Below are positions 29,723 to 42,971 of a stretch of 64,000 bases of DNA, piece by piece. Below the pieces are notes generated by a model. It did not search any database and was not told the DNA's origin. It worked only from the letters and a program-made list of their open reading frames with translations. Positions within the stretch are counted from its first letter, which is position 1. The number at the start of each line of letters is the position of its first letter. The stretch is from Phyllosticta citribraziliensis (lineage: Eukaryota): contig NW_027117341.1 of NCBI RefSeq assembly GCF_038025025.1, positions 2,356,001 through 2,420,000 on the forward strand, in the 5' to 3' direction. The position numbers were made by a program, and so were the translations under genes.

Positions 29723-30061
29723 ATGTCCATGTCCTCTCTAAACACCTAGTCCTCGACACGGTACATCTTCCCCTCCAACCACATGAGGCCCATTTTCCAC
29801 GTGGCGCTCGCTTCACGTCTTAAGCAGCTGTAAAAGGAAGCCCAAGAGTATAGGGACCGCGTCTATTGCAGCAAGGAGTAGGCCGCTACCACGGACAAGC
29901 AGCAGCAGCAGCAGCAAAGCGTTGGCACTCGTGGCGGCCGCGCGCGCAAGGGTTATTGGCCTAGGGAAGAGGTGCGCCACAAGCTAGACGAGATGATGGT
30001 CTTGGAGATGGGCAACATGGCGGGTGTTAGGCCGGGCAGCCGACGTAGCTACATCCGTTAA
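29723..30061 (+). pseudogene. Small hypothetical gene with three in-frame stops
   Basis: ATG-to-TAA frame of 113 codons with TAG/TAA/TAG stops, each one C>T change from a Gln codon; poly-Q stretch. Confidence 0.4.
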
Positions 30062-32832
30062 GGCAATCTGTAGTAAACTTTTCATGGTGGTTACTTGCTT
30101 GCTGTGCCATCTACGGCCATAGTTCTTTTCCTCGTTTGCGCTTGGCTCTACCTCCTCATCCGAAAAGAAGAGAAGTTTCCGGGCGCGGATGGGAACGCCG
30201 ACTTGTTGCCCTTGAGGTGGTGGTAGTAGTAGTAGTAGGATTGTAATGTCGACCTGCTACGGCGGCGCGGAACACGTCCAACGAGGAAGCTGAGAGAAGT
30301 TGGAGTCGGAGCTGGAGCTGTGGGCTGGCGAGAACCTGGGCCAACAGAGTGCCGCCTGCTGCCTGCTTACTCCCTCTATCTTGCCTTTGTATTCGTGGTC
30401 AACGGCAGGAATGAGGGGAACCGCGCTGATCCGAAGAGGAGTACGCGAAGCATTCCGAAGCCGTCTGGGGGTCCCTGTAGCCCTCCCTGGACCACGAGCG
30501 AAGCTTCTCGGCCTCCTCAATGCCAAGTGTATTTGTCGCATGGTCAACGCCAAAAGTTTCTGCTTTACACACTGTCTGGTCTGTGTAGCGACACGAAGGC
30601 GTCGCAAACAAGGCACACAGGAGAGAGTGCACGGCTGGGCTGCGTATGAGGCGTGATGCGCTCACCCGGCATCCTTTCCCCATTTGGTCCTCAGTCCCTG
30701 GTTAGTGGGTGTCACGTCCGGCTTCTTCAGGGCATTTTGCTTCTATTGCGTGATTGGCGATTTGCCTATGGTCAGATCAGCCTTCGGACATACTTGCAGC
30801 ATCAGGAGCTTCGCGCGAATGCTGATGTCTTGAATCATACCTCCAACTCTTCTCCCTGAGTTTATGCAACTCGTCGCCAAAGTTGCTTGGAAGTGATGTC
30901 TCCCTGTTTCCCTCGCCGAAATTCGGATGCATTTCATGCAGGGCTGCCTCAAGGCACAGATCAGTCCATGTCGGCGACAAAGGTGATGGCGAAAGAAGAA
31001 GAGTGGCGGCGCATGGTGCTGAAAGTGTGAGGGAAGGTCGTTTTTCAGGGCCGGTGCGCGCGACGCTTGTCCGCCGGCGGTTTTCCATCAATACCGTCAG
31101 CTGGCTGGTTGCAGTGTTTTAGAATTCCTTCCACGATCGTTTCCTTGCTCGCTGTTTAGAATGTCGGCCTGCTGGCTGGCCGCGTTTGGCGTTCTCGCAG
31201 ACCATCGCCAACTGCCAAACAATGTTGACCCTGAAGAATGACGCGAAATTGTGTAATGCAGCTGTCGCGGACCACAGGGAACTCCCCAACTCACTCTTCT
31301 CTACCTGGACGCGATGGTTTAGAGATTCAGCGAGGTGGGCACGCTGATGTCAGAGGTCGTTCTGGTGCCGAGATGCGGAACCATTCGGCCGTGGCCGGGC
31401 CCTCTTCGATGGCGGCGGCCTGGCTGGAATATAAAATTGATGAAAGGCAGTAGGAGTGAGTAGACCTTGTCCCATCTGCTAAGCCGCGCGCGCGTGCTTA
31501 CTCGTGGAAGACCCAATATCGACACCAAGCAACACGACACCAGGGCCCTCAGTCTCTAAGTGTGAGCTTGCGGATGCAGCCCATCTACTTGGGTCAAGGC
31601 TGCTGCTGTTCAACTGCAAGAAGGAGTACACAGGGCTGGTCCACATTGATGTTTAGCTTCTGCTCTTCTCTGCGCTGCTTTGCTGTTGCACCTATCCATG
31701 CCTTGTGCCTCGGTGTCATAACAGAGGTGGCGACAGCGGCAGAGGCGGCGCACGATCGAGCCGGATGTGTTGCATCAATGCAGCAGAGAGTAGAGGAGGA
31801 ACCAAGGCGTATCAGATGGAGGAGGGAGAGCGTGTGGGGAGGGCGCGAGCGAGAGAAAAGAAAGGTAAAGCCTGCGTGTGTGCGTGCGCATTAACAATAG
31901 CGATCTGAGCATTGTTTTTGGAAGACGCGAGTGTAACGGCAGTCCATCTGCTGCAAGCTTCAGTTAGTCTTGAAGGACATTGATGGAGCGAAACAGCCAA
32001 GTTACCTACCTTACAGCCTACATCCTTTCATACATGTACCACGCACCAAAACCCGTGGAAGGCCGTCCCGTCTCGATCACCCGCACACAAGTCAGCGTTG
32101 ATAAGTGACGTCTTCCCAAGTGCTCTTGATTCTCTCGTCTGGGTACACACACAGGGAAGTTCCGCCCTGCCTGTCCACTTTACAGTCGAACGCTGCTGAT
32201 GGCACACTAGCCCCCGCCTATACCCGACATGTCGTCCAGTGACAACGTCGAGATCGATGAGGCATCCATCATCCCTCACAGGACTAGGTAGCATCTAGAC
32301 ACGACAACGTCCAGGATGAAGCCGTAAGTAGCAGCTCCAAGCTCCACCAATACCCACCAAGAGATGCAGTTTGGCGCCGCCTTTTATCTTACCCATCCAT
32401 TGCTCACTCATGTGTAAGCCGCCGTTTTTAAGACCATTTCGTTGCCATGACGCGCAACAGTGCCCGTGGCCACATTGGGCCTCCGTGCCGTTGGCATGCT
32501 CGTGCAAGTCGTACCACGGAGACTTCGCAGAGACCACTGCCGCCGACATTATCCAGCTGGAAGGTACGCCGGAGTGCGCGAAGGATGCTGCAGGTCCGAG
32601 AATTTTAGTCGACAGTAGTAGCCCTTGAGAACGTTCGGTGGAGCAATGGCGCGAAGGCTAAGCGGGAAAGCGCACCAGTTCGTATTGGCGCAGACAAGAA
32701 ACGCGCGAGCGGAGTCTACGGCATGAATGGCAGCGCCTGGAGGAACCGCTAAGGTTGTATCGGGGACGAAAATTGTCGCGATGTCGAAACGAGCGACAAA
32801 TCCTCAGGTCTGACATGCGAGAAAGATAACGA

Positions 32833-32863
<31 letters not shown>

Positions 32864-34065
32864 CAGCCAGCTTGAGCACGCAGCAGAAGCAGCCCTGTCA
32901 ACTCACTCCACATACTCTCGGCCGTTCCTTCCCGTGCGATGAGTTCGCTGCGATGGTGATGATGATGACGACGGAGAATCGAGAAGTACCATTTGCACCC
33001 TGGCAGTGAGAGAGCAGCAAGGAAAAGGCCCGGCATGCCATGAGGCGGCGGCAGCAGCGGCGGCCTATTCTAGCGGATACCCGACGACTCCAAGGGAGGC
33101 AGGCGTGCGACAAAAGATGAGCGCAGAATACGACTTGTTTCCAGAGCCGCGCTAATTCACCATGCAAAATCGCATCGCCGCGCAGGCCCCTCGCCGCGCA
33201 CCAAGGCGGCAAAGGAGGCACACGACGAGGTGCGGCCTTCGGCAGACGCCGTTGAAGAGCGCAGAGGGAAAGCGTGCGGCAGTTGACAGAGAGGGAGCCT
33301 GAAAGACGTCTTTGATGTTGACATCAACCAGACACCATCGTGACAGTCGGTTTCCGCCCGTATCTTGGAGTGGGCTTTGAGAGGTCGGCGGCCAAAGTCG
33401 ATGGGGACAGGCTTCTGGGTCTTCACGACAATCAGATCGCGGGCCAGGGCCAAGCTCGCAGTGACCACCACATCCGCCTCAACCTAGATCTTGTCTTCCG
33501 ACACCATGAGCCGAATCGGAGGGAGGTGCCTTGGTTCTGGCGTCTGCGCCATGTTCCGCTGGGGAAAGGACCCAATTGTGCGCTTGTTTGGTCCGGCGCG
33601 ACAGACAGTTGAGTCGCCAGGTGCGCTCACTCGTTCGATCCGCGCGCGCGCGCACATGCTTCGCTGGGGTCGCTGGGCCAACGACGACAAAGATGGCAAA
33701 ACAGGAGGATTTGTGTCAATGGGCTCCCGTGGCCGAACGTGGCCTGCGCGGGCGTCTTGTTCCCGGGGTTCGACGGTGCGCAGCCAGCGTGCTGGCGAAG
33801 GACGACGGAGATGGCGATGGAGACTGTGAAGACGTCGGTGCGGTGAGCTGAGGAGCAACGAGGCATCAACGATGGGGCCAGATACCTACCGGTTGGTGTG
33901 GAAGACGGCGGGGGTGCGATGACCGAGGACGGGACGGGACTTGAGTGTTGAAGGTTGTTGGGCCGGGTGGAGCCACGGGCATACATAGCTGCTGTGGCTA
34001 GGTAGGTTGTGGCTGGGGCGGATGCTGAGTTAGTGAGCTCGCAGCGTGGCGCCGGCCCATGGTCT

Positions 34066-34360
34066 TGTCGCTGGCGGGAAGAGGGCCTTCGGTTATCGCT
34101 GGCGGTGATGGCATTGTCGCTGGCGGGAATCATACTCGCCAGCGGGTATGGCCATACTCGCCGGCGGGAACCATACTCGCCAGCGGGTGACTCAGCCGCT
34201 TGCTCACGTGACGGGCATACTCGCCAGCGGGAATGGCCATACTCGCCGGCGGGAACCATACTCGCTAGCGGGTGACTCAGCCGCTTGCTCACGTGACGGG
34301 CATACTCGCCAGCGGGTATGGCCATACTCGCCGGCGGGAACCATACTCGCTAGCGGGAAT
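34066..34360 (+). repeat. Palindromic-motif array 1 (about 12 copies of CTCGCYRGCGGG)
   Basis: Units of 22, 19 and 44 bp form an 85-bp higher-order repeat. The 44-bp unit contains TGACTCA and TCACGTGA. Confidence 0.95.
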
Positions 34361-34971
34361 GGTGCCGGCTAGTCCGTAGTCAGTTAGTCCGCCAGGCCCG
34401 TGCGTGGTGCGCGCCTCGTCTCCACTTCCCACCTCAGCGCACCCCACCGCAGACAAAAAGATCGATTGATTGATTGGTTCGTGACGGCTATACTGAACAC
34501 GGTGCTTGAAGAAAGACCGACGTGTTGAGGAGAGGCCTCCGCCCTTGGCTCGTGGCTTTGCGGGCTTCTCCATTATTCCAATGGGCGTGAGAGTGTCGCG
34601 AGCAATGTGTATCGAGACTACCGTACGTGCCTCCAGCAATTGCGTGTCCTTGGGCGCCGCCTCTCGCAGCACCGCCCAGCTCGAAGCGTACCTGACCGCC
34701 TCACGAGGGACCTCCATAGTCATGGCGAAAAACGTTGCCTCCGCCGAGCCCAGGCATGGGGATGAGGGAAGAAAAAGAAGAGCAAGGACGCGCTAGGTGC
34801 ATGTTGATCGTGGGCTAGCGAGAAGGTATGTATGCAAAAAATCTTTAATGAAAATCCTGCTGCTGGGTATCATGCGGTGAAAAGCCATCGTGTTGCGCCC
34901 TCGTCACTCATGCCTGTCTGTCCATCAAAGCAAATCATCTGCGAGTCGATGCCGCGCTGCATCCTGATAAC

Positions 34972-37436
34972 TCATGTCTGTTCAAGAAGAGAATCGAGCC
35001 TCTTCACAAAGTCCTCGACCGCGGCAAGAGCGCCGTCTGTCGTCGAGCGCGCGTCCTTGGGCTCTGAAATGTCGCTGGCAAATTTGCAGGCTCGTCTCGC
35101 ACCACTGACAAAGCCGCCGTAACGGCGTCGGTCCTGCTGCAGCCGCAGCACCTGGCTCTTTATCGAAGCGACTTCAGCAGCAATTGCATCCTCGAGGGCA
35201 GCATTGCGTTTCGAAAATGCTCTCAAGCTTGCGCCGACTTGGTTCCGTTCCTCAATCTGCACGTTGAAGCTGGCCTGCTCCTCTGCCATCGTGCGTTGAA
35301 GAGCTGAGATGTCCGACGCGAGCGTGTTCATGGCGCGGCTACAGTCGCGGGCGTTGGTCGTAATGACAGCACGCCGGGCGATGGAGGCTTCTCTCTGAGC
35401 AGCCAGCTTCTGCGCGACCTGCTTGCAGTAGTTCCGCTGCTGTGTCATGGCATCCTTGACCGACATTCGGCCCTGCGATGGCCCAGGACCAGGACTGCCC
35501 AGGTCAATCATTTCATCCGGTAGCGTACATGGCGACTCTGAAAGCAGCGAGTAGAGCGCGTGGCGCCAGAACACGGCGTTGACAGCGGAGGGCATGGGAA
35601 CGTGCGCGCGCAAGTACAAGGCAAAAACCAAGACGTATACGCCGCAGTCGACACTGCCTCTTTGCTGCACGGCACTGCGCTCAACGAGGCGCCACTCTTC
35701 CCAATTCTCTTGTGGAACCCTGCGTCGAAAGAGCTGGCCTAGACGGGTTTTGGCCGCGTTGAAGTGCGCAAAGCTGGATGCCGAGTCGAACATGTCGGCT
35801 TCCTTGCGGCTCGAGTCGAGGACAATGAGACACCAATGGCTGTAGGAAGCGAGGTCGAGGTTGAGAGCTAGCATGGTAGAGCCAGAAATGGTTATGTTGG
35901 TGCCGACCCATGGTGGCGTAGTAAGGAGTGGATCAATGCACTGCCAGCCCGGCGCTGCGCAGATGACGGACAGGGCTTGGTGCATGACGACGTCATCGAC
36001 CATCTCGCCTGCGATGAGGGGTTGGAACGAATCTTTGGGGTTGTCGCCATCTGCGCGCTTCGGACCACTCTCCTCGTGCTTGGTCTCTGGTCCGGCGACG
36101 TTATCCAGCATCTCACAGTTGTCCAGAGTCTTGGTCGAAGCCTGTTCGTCGCCGGCCGCACGCTTCAAGCCCGTCTCGTCAAGCTTGACCTCTGATCCGG
36201 CCTCTTGCCCCGACTTGCTGCCCTGAGCCTCTGCTGATTGTTCGCTGGAGGCCTTTGCTGCTTGTTTGCCGATATCCCTTTGTATACTCGCCAGGAATCG
36301 TCTGCTCGAGGCAGCTCGGGCCTTTTTTATTCGCTCCTCGTGCTCCGGCCTGGGCCCGAACGGGTGCCTGATGTACGCTGGCTCCTCTAATGTCGCCGAA
36401 GCAGCTGAGAGCGAGCTGAACAGCAAGCTGTCGTTGTCGTTGGTGAGAAAACTCTCGTCGCCAGGCCCAGGCGAGGGAAGAGCGTTGACGTGTCGCCCAT
36501 GCTCCACCGCAGGGCTGTCAGAGCCGGATGATGCTCCCGAGTCTTCACTAGCAGTGTCCCAATCGCCGGCTTGTGTATCGCCGCCTAGATCCATGTTCTG
36601 TTGGTCTTGGTCGCCGTCTTCACTAGCAGTGTCCCCATCGCCGCCTTCTGTATCGTCATGAAGACCCATGTCGTCATCCTCGGAGGTGGAAACGTTGTCA
36701 GGCTCAGGCTCAGGCTCAGGCGCAGGCGGCTGCCGCTGGGCTCCGCTGCGCAATTTGAATTTGAAATCGAGAGGAGAGGAGCGAGCTTTTAGAGCTTTTG
36801 ACCCCATGCTCGCAGGGGTGGAATGGGCGCGCTGGTGACGGGTCCGTCGAGGTGATTTAGCCACGGGTTGGGACTCTGCGTCATCTGGCAAAGGCTGGCA
36901 AAAGGTCAGAAAACGGCGGCCAAGGGCGGCACTGCGAGCCGACAACTTACGCGCTTCTTTACCGGGGCCTGCTCTTGCTCGGGCTTGCGCTCTAGGATTT
37001 CGACGTCGCTGGGCACCCAGGCGCGACTGCGCGGCATCCGGGACTTTTCAGTGTTGTGACGGCGAGCGTCCCTGCTCTCGAGCAGCTTGGGGAGGGCATC
37101 TTCCAACGAGGTGGTGGTAGCCACTTTCTGGAGGCGACTCAAGAAGGTCGTCGACGTGATTGGAAAGATTTGCTGGAGATCGGTCTCAGGCACAGCCCAA
37201 AGGTTAGACAGAGACCTGATTCCGGCAGCCACGCGATTGTATTTTTTGGGCGTCAAGTTTTTGTAGGCCTCGATGATGGGCGCGACTTTGGGGTGCAGCT
37301 TCTGATCGATCGGCTGCTCGTGGCGATTCTTCAAGCAGACGTAGCTGCGGAGTAACCTTGTCGCGTGGACGCGCACCGCGTCGTCGAGCTGGTCGGCGTC
37401 ATCCTGAATAGAGACTGAGTCGGCGGGTGCCGCCAT
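34972..37436 (-). CDS. Ulp1/C48 (SUMO/ubiquitin-like) cysteine protease-like protein, ~802 aa, apparently intact (copy 1)
   Basis: Exon 1 37436-36951, GTAAGT...CTGAC...CAG intron 36950-36895, exon 2 36894-34972, frame preserved. Catalytic motifs SHWCLIVLD, MFDS, QQRGSVDCGVY. Acidic linker and C-terminal coiled coil. Confidence 0.85.
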
Positions 37437-37944
37437 GGCGGCGGAGGCGGGTGGCACGGGTGGCGATGGTTGAGATGGCGGTCGAGCATGTTGTTTGGTC
37501 GGCGTTGAGTGTGGGCGGGGTATGGTAAACAAAGAAGGAAGGAGAGGTTCGTCGTGACTAAGGTCAACCAAGGTTGACCGCCAAGCTTGGTCAAGATTGA
37601 CCAGAATCAACGAAGATTGACCGTCAATCCTCGCCAACCTTGGCAGTGCACGGTCTGCCCAGGCTGCTGGCAACAACTTTTCCCTCCCATGCATGTTCCC
37701 TCCGGTCGCACGCTCGCCTCCCTTACACTCCCATGGATTTATTTGCCGTGCCTGGCCAGCCTCACCTACGTCTCTGTCCTAGAAGCCGTTGACAAATTTC
37801 GTGCCAATTTGCCTTGTTGCTGCGATGCGAAACCGCGTGCCAGCGCTCAGTCCCTGCGACAGAGCCACTGGTTCTGCCGCCTGGTGCGCTGCTGGTAGGT
37901 AGGGCCTCGGCGCGCTGCTGTTGCGTGGCTCGAGGCAGCCAAGG

Positions 37945-38477
37945 TCATGTCGTCGAGGGACGTGCAGGGCAAATGGTGAAAAACAAAAGAATGTACTTCA
38001 TCGTGTCGCTGTGGTAGACCGACATCGTGTCGACGACGAACGGGCCTTCGAACTTGAACACGCCGGCAGCGTCGACGGCCACCCTCACGGGCCTGATCAG
38101 CACCCTACCTACCCTGCTCAACGTCGAGATCGTCACCAGGCACCTTCGCAGACTTGAATACGTCCATGGTCGGCATCAATGTTGTGCTCGCACATGGCCT
38201 TCCACTTGTCCAACATGATGCTTACATCCTCGCGCGTGGCCATACAGCAGAATCCCATGCAGCGCACCACCGGTCCTCAAAGCCGTACCCCATGCCGCAG
38301 CTGGTGCGCGAGTCTGATCGTGCGTGGCGTTGAGACCCTGATCATGCAGCCGAGCGCAAGCGTCCTCCCGCGCCCCGATGCCTTTGACTGCGGGGTGTAT
38401 ATACGACACGCCCACTCCGCGTACATGCTTGCTGTCTTGTACATCATCGCTGGGCTGGGTTGTCTCCGATCACCCAT
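37945..38477 (-). pseudogene. Disrupted hypothetical gene
   Basis: Coding-like minus-strand segments (38477-38277, 38136-37945) joined through a stop and a frameshift; no recognisable domain. Confidence 0.3.
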
Positions 38478-38681
38478 TTGAGCGCGCCGGGGGCCGAGGA
38501 GGACATGTCGACGGGGAAAACATGCACCATCAGAACCGTCAACATGCTGATATGACGAGAGCTAACAAAGCGTAGTTGTGTTGGATTGAGTAGTGGTTGT
38601 ATTAGCTATGAGTTGGGTCGCGACCGGCGGCGACAGATTCTGTGGGTACTCCAATCCCTAGAGAGGCGGCGGCCTTCCATT

Positions 38682-38852
38682 CTCGCCGGCGGGAATGGCT
38701 TTCACGCTGGCGAGTATGCCATTCCCGCTGGCGAGTATGCCGGTCACGTGAGTAAGTGGCTGAGTCACCCGCTAGCGAGTATGATTCCCGCTGGCGAGAT
38801 TGCCATTCCCGCTAGCGAGAATGACCCCCGTCGCCCTTCCCGCTAGCGAGAA
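38682..38852 (-). repeat. Palindromic-motif array 2, inverted relative to arrays 1, 3 and 4
   Basis: About 7 copies, mostly CCCGCT(A/G)GCGAG(tatg), with gtcacgtgag and tgagtca; reverse complement of the array 1 unit. Confidence 0.93.
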
Positions 38853-39732
38853 TGACTGCGCTCGACGGCGCTCAGCGGCTCGCTGTTCGTTTAACTGGCG
38901 CGCAACCTCAGTTTCCCGCACAGGCCTCCTCCACAAGTCAAAATAATCACGTACATACCAGATGGTGACCTCGACGACGCAAGAAGTGGATCAGGACAAA
39001 GGAAGCCAAGCCTGCTGGATGAGGATTTCTGGCCATCTTCTTCCGCCAATCAATCAGACAATCATCACCTCACGCTGTCATCGTGCTGCCGCCCGCCTGC
39101 TCCCGGTCCGCTACCACCTCCTCCACCACCACCACCACCACCAGAAGTCGCCGGCATGGCAGAACGCGATCGCGACAAGTATGACCTTATGCCACCACCC
39201 GAATGAAATAGCTGAGTAGAATGTGTGTATGACTATAAAAAAATCCAAGGCTGCACGACTTGCTTGGGGCATTGCGGGCAGTTGTGGTGCTGCTCGTCTC
39301 GCGCGCCTCGCTCCATGGATGGATGCGCGGTACAGGTACATTTCGTCCGGTCATAGCTGCGCTCGGCCTCGCCGGCGGCCTCGCGGCTGCGCTTCCCTTC
39401 CCTTCAAAAATTCCTCGTCCATGTGCCCAAACCACCACCGCCGCCATGTCCTTGGTCTCCCGCTCCCTCCCCCGCACCCCAAGGTTGAGCGACCGAACTT
39501 CCGCTCAACAACTCCCGCCAACTTCACGCGAGATGGCAAGATGGCAAGATGGCGGGAATACGGGAATGGTGGAATTGGCGAGATGGCGGGAATTCAGAAT
39601 GAGCTCGCTAGTGGTGATGCACAAGAAGATGCTGGGGCAATTGATGGTATTGGGTGTGGTGGGTTCTCAAGCCAAATACTAAGGTAGCGCGCCTGTCCGG
39701 CTAAATATCGGGCCAACAGCGGGCATTGCCTT

Positions 39733-39870
39733 GTCGCCGGCGGGAATAGGCTTTCTCGCTGGCGGCAATGGGGGGGGCCCTCTCGCTGGCGGGAATCATA
39801 CTCGCTGGCGGGTATGGCCATTCTCGCCGGCGGGTATCATACTCGCTAGCGGGTATGGCCTTCCCGCTGG
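39733..39870 (+). repeat. Palindromic-motif array 3
   Basis: About 6 copies of (C)TCGCYRGCGGG; followed by a 53-bp segment shared with array 1. Confidence 0.9.
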
Positions 39871-40124
39871 TGCCGGCTAGTCCGTAGTCAGTTAGTCCAC
39901 CAGGCCCGTGCGTGGTGCGCGTCTCCCGTCAGCAACGACTCTGGTATCACGGCGCGCGCGTCCTCCTCGCATTCAATGTAACTGTTTTTGCTCCTTCGGA
40001 CTCGCCACTGTGCCTGGCGTCCATCAGTGAAATCTGACCACACCGTCCCTGGCACCACCGAGAGTGCGAAACCTGACCACCGACTACCAAAACCTGGCCT
40101 GGTAACCGCTTCATGCCCGTTACA

Positions 40125-41038
40125 ATGGATATTCCACCCGGGCGTGCTAAGGCTCCAGCTCCAACGGCTCAGCAGTAGCTAGGTGCGATGGGACAGAAAC
40201 ACGCGCCGCGCAAACGCCCTCACCTGCGCGACGCACAAGAACTCGGAGAACTTCGTCTACGAGCAGCTCTTGCTGTACGCCAACGCTGGCGAGTTTGCTG
40301 CCGTCCGAGCTCGCGACCACAAGGTGTGTTTGGTTTTGGTTTGTTTGTTTTCTGGCATCCGACAGCAAAGCCATCTCGCCGGCTGGCCGGCTGGCTGAGC
40401 TGTGACTGACGGACTGACTGACTGTCTTCTGGCAGTGGATGGCGCCTGTACGCCCCGAAACCAACCAGCTCGCGTCTTGAGCGCGCTCCCGTCGAGCTTG
40501 AGCTCCCGCAGCCCCCGCCAGTCCAACAGGAGCACCACTGCCTCGTCTCTTTCGTCGTTCTCGTCCGATGACGACGGCGCCGACGACGAAACAAAATTCT
40601 CGGGCGATGAAGGCGTCGCCATCCCCACCCGTGGCGTGCGCTCCGTCTTGCCTTCTGACGAGCCACGCAGACGCAGCGCTTCCCACCGCGAGCTGCGCAC
40701 CGCCCGCGAGGCCATCTCCTCCTGGGCAGCTCGAGGTCCTCGCCACCACCAACCTGGTGCCGTACTACCAGCCGCGGGCGTCGCTCGAGATGTTCCGCCG
40801 CTCCATCGAGCGCCTGGATGTGGCGACGGGCATTCAGATGGCGATTGCGGATTTCGGGTCCAAGGGTTCGCCGAATTCCACGCGCACCGAGCCGTTTGTC
40901 CCGATGGCCATGGGAGGGAGGGTCTTAAAGACATGTCGCCATACCTACACGCCAGTAGGTAATCAAGTCTCTGGGCGGCGCCTGGTCTGCACAAGTCCGA
41001 ATTTTGTGTGTTGGATGCGGGCAAATGCCGCGCGCTAG
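40125..41038 (+). pseudogene. C3H-finger-like/'WMAP' family gene A, disrupted
   Basis: ...RRANALTCATHKNSENFVYEQL..., intron 40324-40435, then WMAPVRPE. Contains stop and frameshifts. Motifs and intron position match the gene at 42972. Confidence 0.6.
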
Positions 41039-41485
41039 AATTGACCGTGACCTACCTATGGTATCCTGCAGGTCGCGGGCGGAAAACGGACATGCTGTTT
41101 CCTGGGTATGATTAGCTTGATTGCTCCCTCTTCCCCTCTATCTCTTGGCTCCTCGCTCGCTCTCTTCCACCAGCTAGCTGACCTGCAAAATGAGCCGTCT
41201 CCTTTGATCAGGTCCAAGCCCAAGCCCGAGCCCGAGCGAAATGTCAAGCAACGACGGAGGAGGAGGAGGAGGAGGTCGAGGACCTACGGATGCCGAAGTC
41301 GAAGAAATGCTTCGACAAGCTGAAGCGAAGTGACGCAGGTGGCTACTGGCGCTCGTCAAGAACCACGCGGGCAAGATTGACCTTCTGATCGTTGGCCTCA
41401 CCGCCGTGGTCATCATGTAGCACCAGTAACTGCACGCGCAGAGACAGCAGCAGGACACGCAAATCATCGTCCTCAGGATCATCAA

Positions 41486-42705
41486 ATGGCCGTCATGGCC
41501 TCACACCAGTTCGGAGTCCTCGCGATGACGACGATTCCGCGACCGGACGGCCTCGGCAGCCTCTCAGACCAGATCGGCTCGTTTGCGCGCGTCGACGTGC
41601 TGCCCACCACCGACATCTCGCAGCTTTTGCTCGACAGGCTCATGGCCACGGCGTACGTGGTCAACGCAACGGTACCGCCAAAGCAACGCATGCGCAGCTG
41701 CACGAAATATGGTTGATGGTGACGTGGACGCGGTGCCGCGCGACGCGGCGAGGGCCGTGGGGCATTTGCGAAGGACTACCGCATGAGCAAGCTATCGATC
41801 AGGCTGGACGCGGTCGCGATACTGTCGACTTGGTGGTGGCCCATTACATCGAGGTACGTACCTACGCAACAACGAATCCAACATGAGTGAGAGCTAACGC
41901 GTCGACTGGCGCTGACTACAGCCATACTGCAAAAACTCCGGGCACATCGCCAACTCCCTCACGTTCCTTGAGCCTGCCATCGACCGCGCCAGTCAAAGCT
42001 TCGTCAACAAGCTGTCCGACGTCTTGTGGGTCCCGCAGTGGTTCAGCAGCGCGCCCCAGCAGCTGCAGCAGGGCGACGCGGAGCTGGCGTGCACGCGCGA
42101 GGTGGCCAAGGAGCTGGCCCCGTGCATCGACAAGCTGTGCGACGCCATGGCGCCGTGAGCGAGGAGAATATGGCCACGGAGGTGGACGAGTCGCACAGGA
42201 GGTTTGGACGGCGGCGGCGGCGGCTGGACTGCGACGACCGTCTTACAGGCAGAGGTGGTTCTCCCGCCTGGCGTGGCTCATCGCGTGGTGCAGAACTACC
42301 TTCGGTTGTGCTGCTGCGCGGACAGCATACTCCCACGTCGTGACGGAGATACGGTGATGGATGGCGCAGCAGTCGCTGGGCGATGGCCACTCGTCTAAGC
42401 GTGATGCTGCCACCGTGGACAGTCTCTAGCCGCTCTTCAAACTCTTCAACACCAATACGCCCAATGCCAACTACTCGGACACAAATATAAGGGTCATCCA
42501 GAAGTCATTGAAAAACTACATCAACAACATCGAGCTCCCAGCACTGCGCGACCGCGGAGTCGTCGACAAGGACACGGGCGCATGGGACAAGCAGGCCAAG
42601 CACGTCTGGGCGCGCGATGATTGGGATGGCGTCGACATCTTGCTGCGGTGTCTGGAAAAGGTACGCGCATCTTCCACACAAAGGATCGATCTCGCTGACG
42701 GGTGA
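41486..42705 (+). pseudogene. 'VTWT/LFKLFN' family gene C, frameshifted
   Basis: Segments in changing frames; GTACGT...GCTAAC/CTGAC...CAG intron 41854-41921; motifs LMVTWTRC, LFKLFNTNTP and WDKQAKHVW are shared with the gene at ~61900-63215. Confidence 0.6.
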
Positions 42706-42971
42706 TGGAAGGCGACCATGCCGCCGCCGGCGAAGAGGGAACCGGAGCCCTGCACGTCGTGAGCGTGCATCGTCTGGTCGAAGAGACCGACGTGTTTGTG
42801 CTCGAGGCGCGTCGTCGCTGTGTTGCTGGTGTCTGAGGTGGGTCAGCCTGCCTTTTTCCACCCATTCGTCCCCCGCCGTTGGAGAACTCACCCGTGCGTG
42901 TTGGGACAGACGAAGCAGATTATACCGCGATGAATACAGCTCCAATTCGACTCCCTCCAACCACTTAAAAG

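Noticed and set aside
30156..33900. Minus-strand ORF chains in shared frames (30156-31091; 32028-32879)
   Set aside because: Possibly decayed genes, but I found no motif, paralogy or firm splice model, so they are not annotated.
34066..34360. Repeat arrays as CRISPR arrays
   Set aside because: The spacers are short and themselves repeated, there are no cas genes, and the DNA is eukaryotic (introns, RIP).
38370..38405. PRPDAFDCGVYI as a fourth Ulp1-like catalytic motif
   Set aside because: No upstream HW or DS motifs on that strand, and the opposite strand looks more coding. Treated as probable coincidence.
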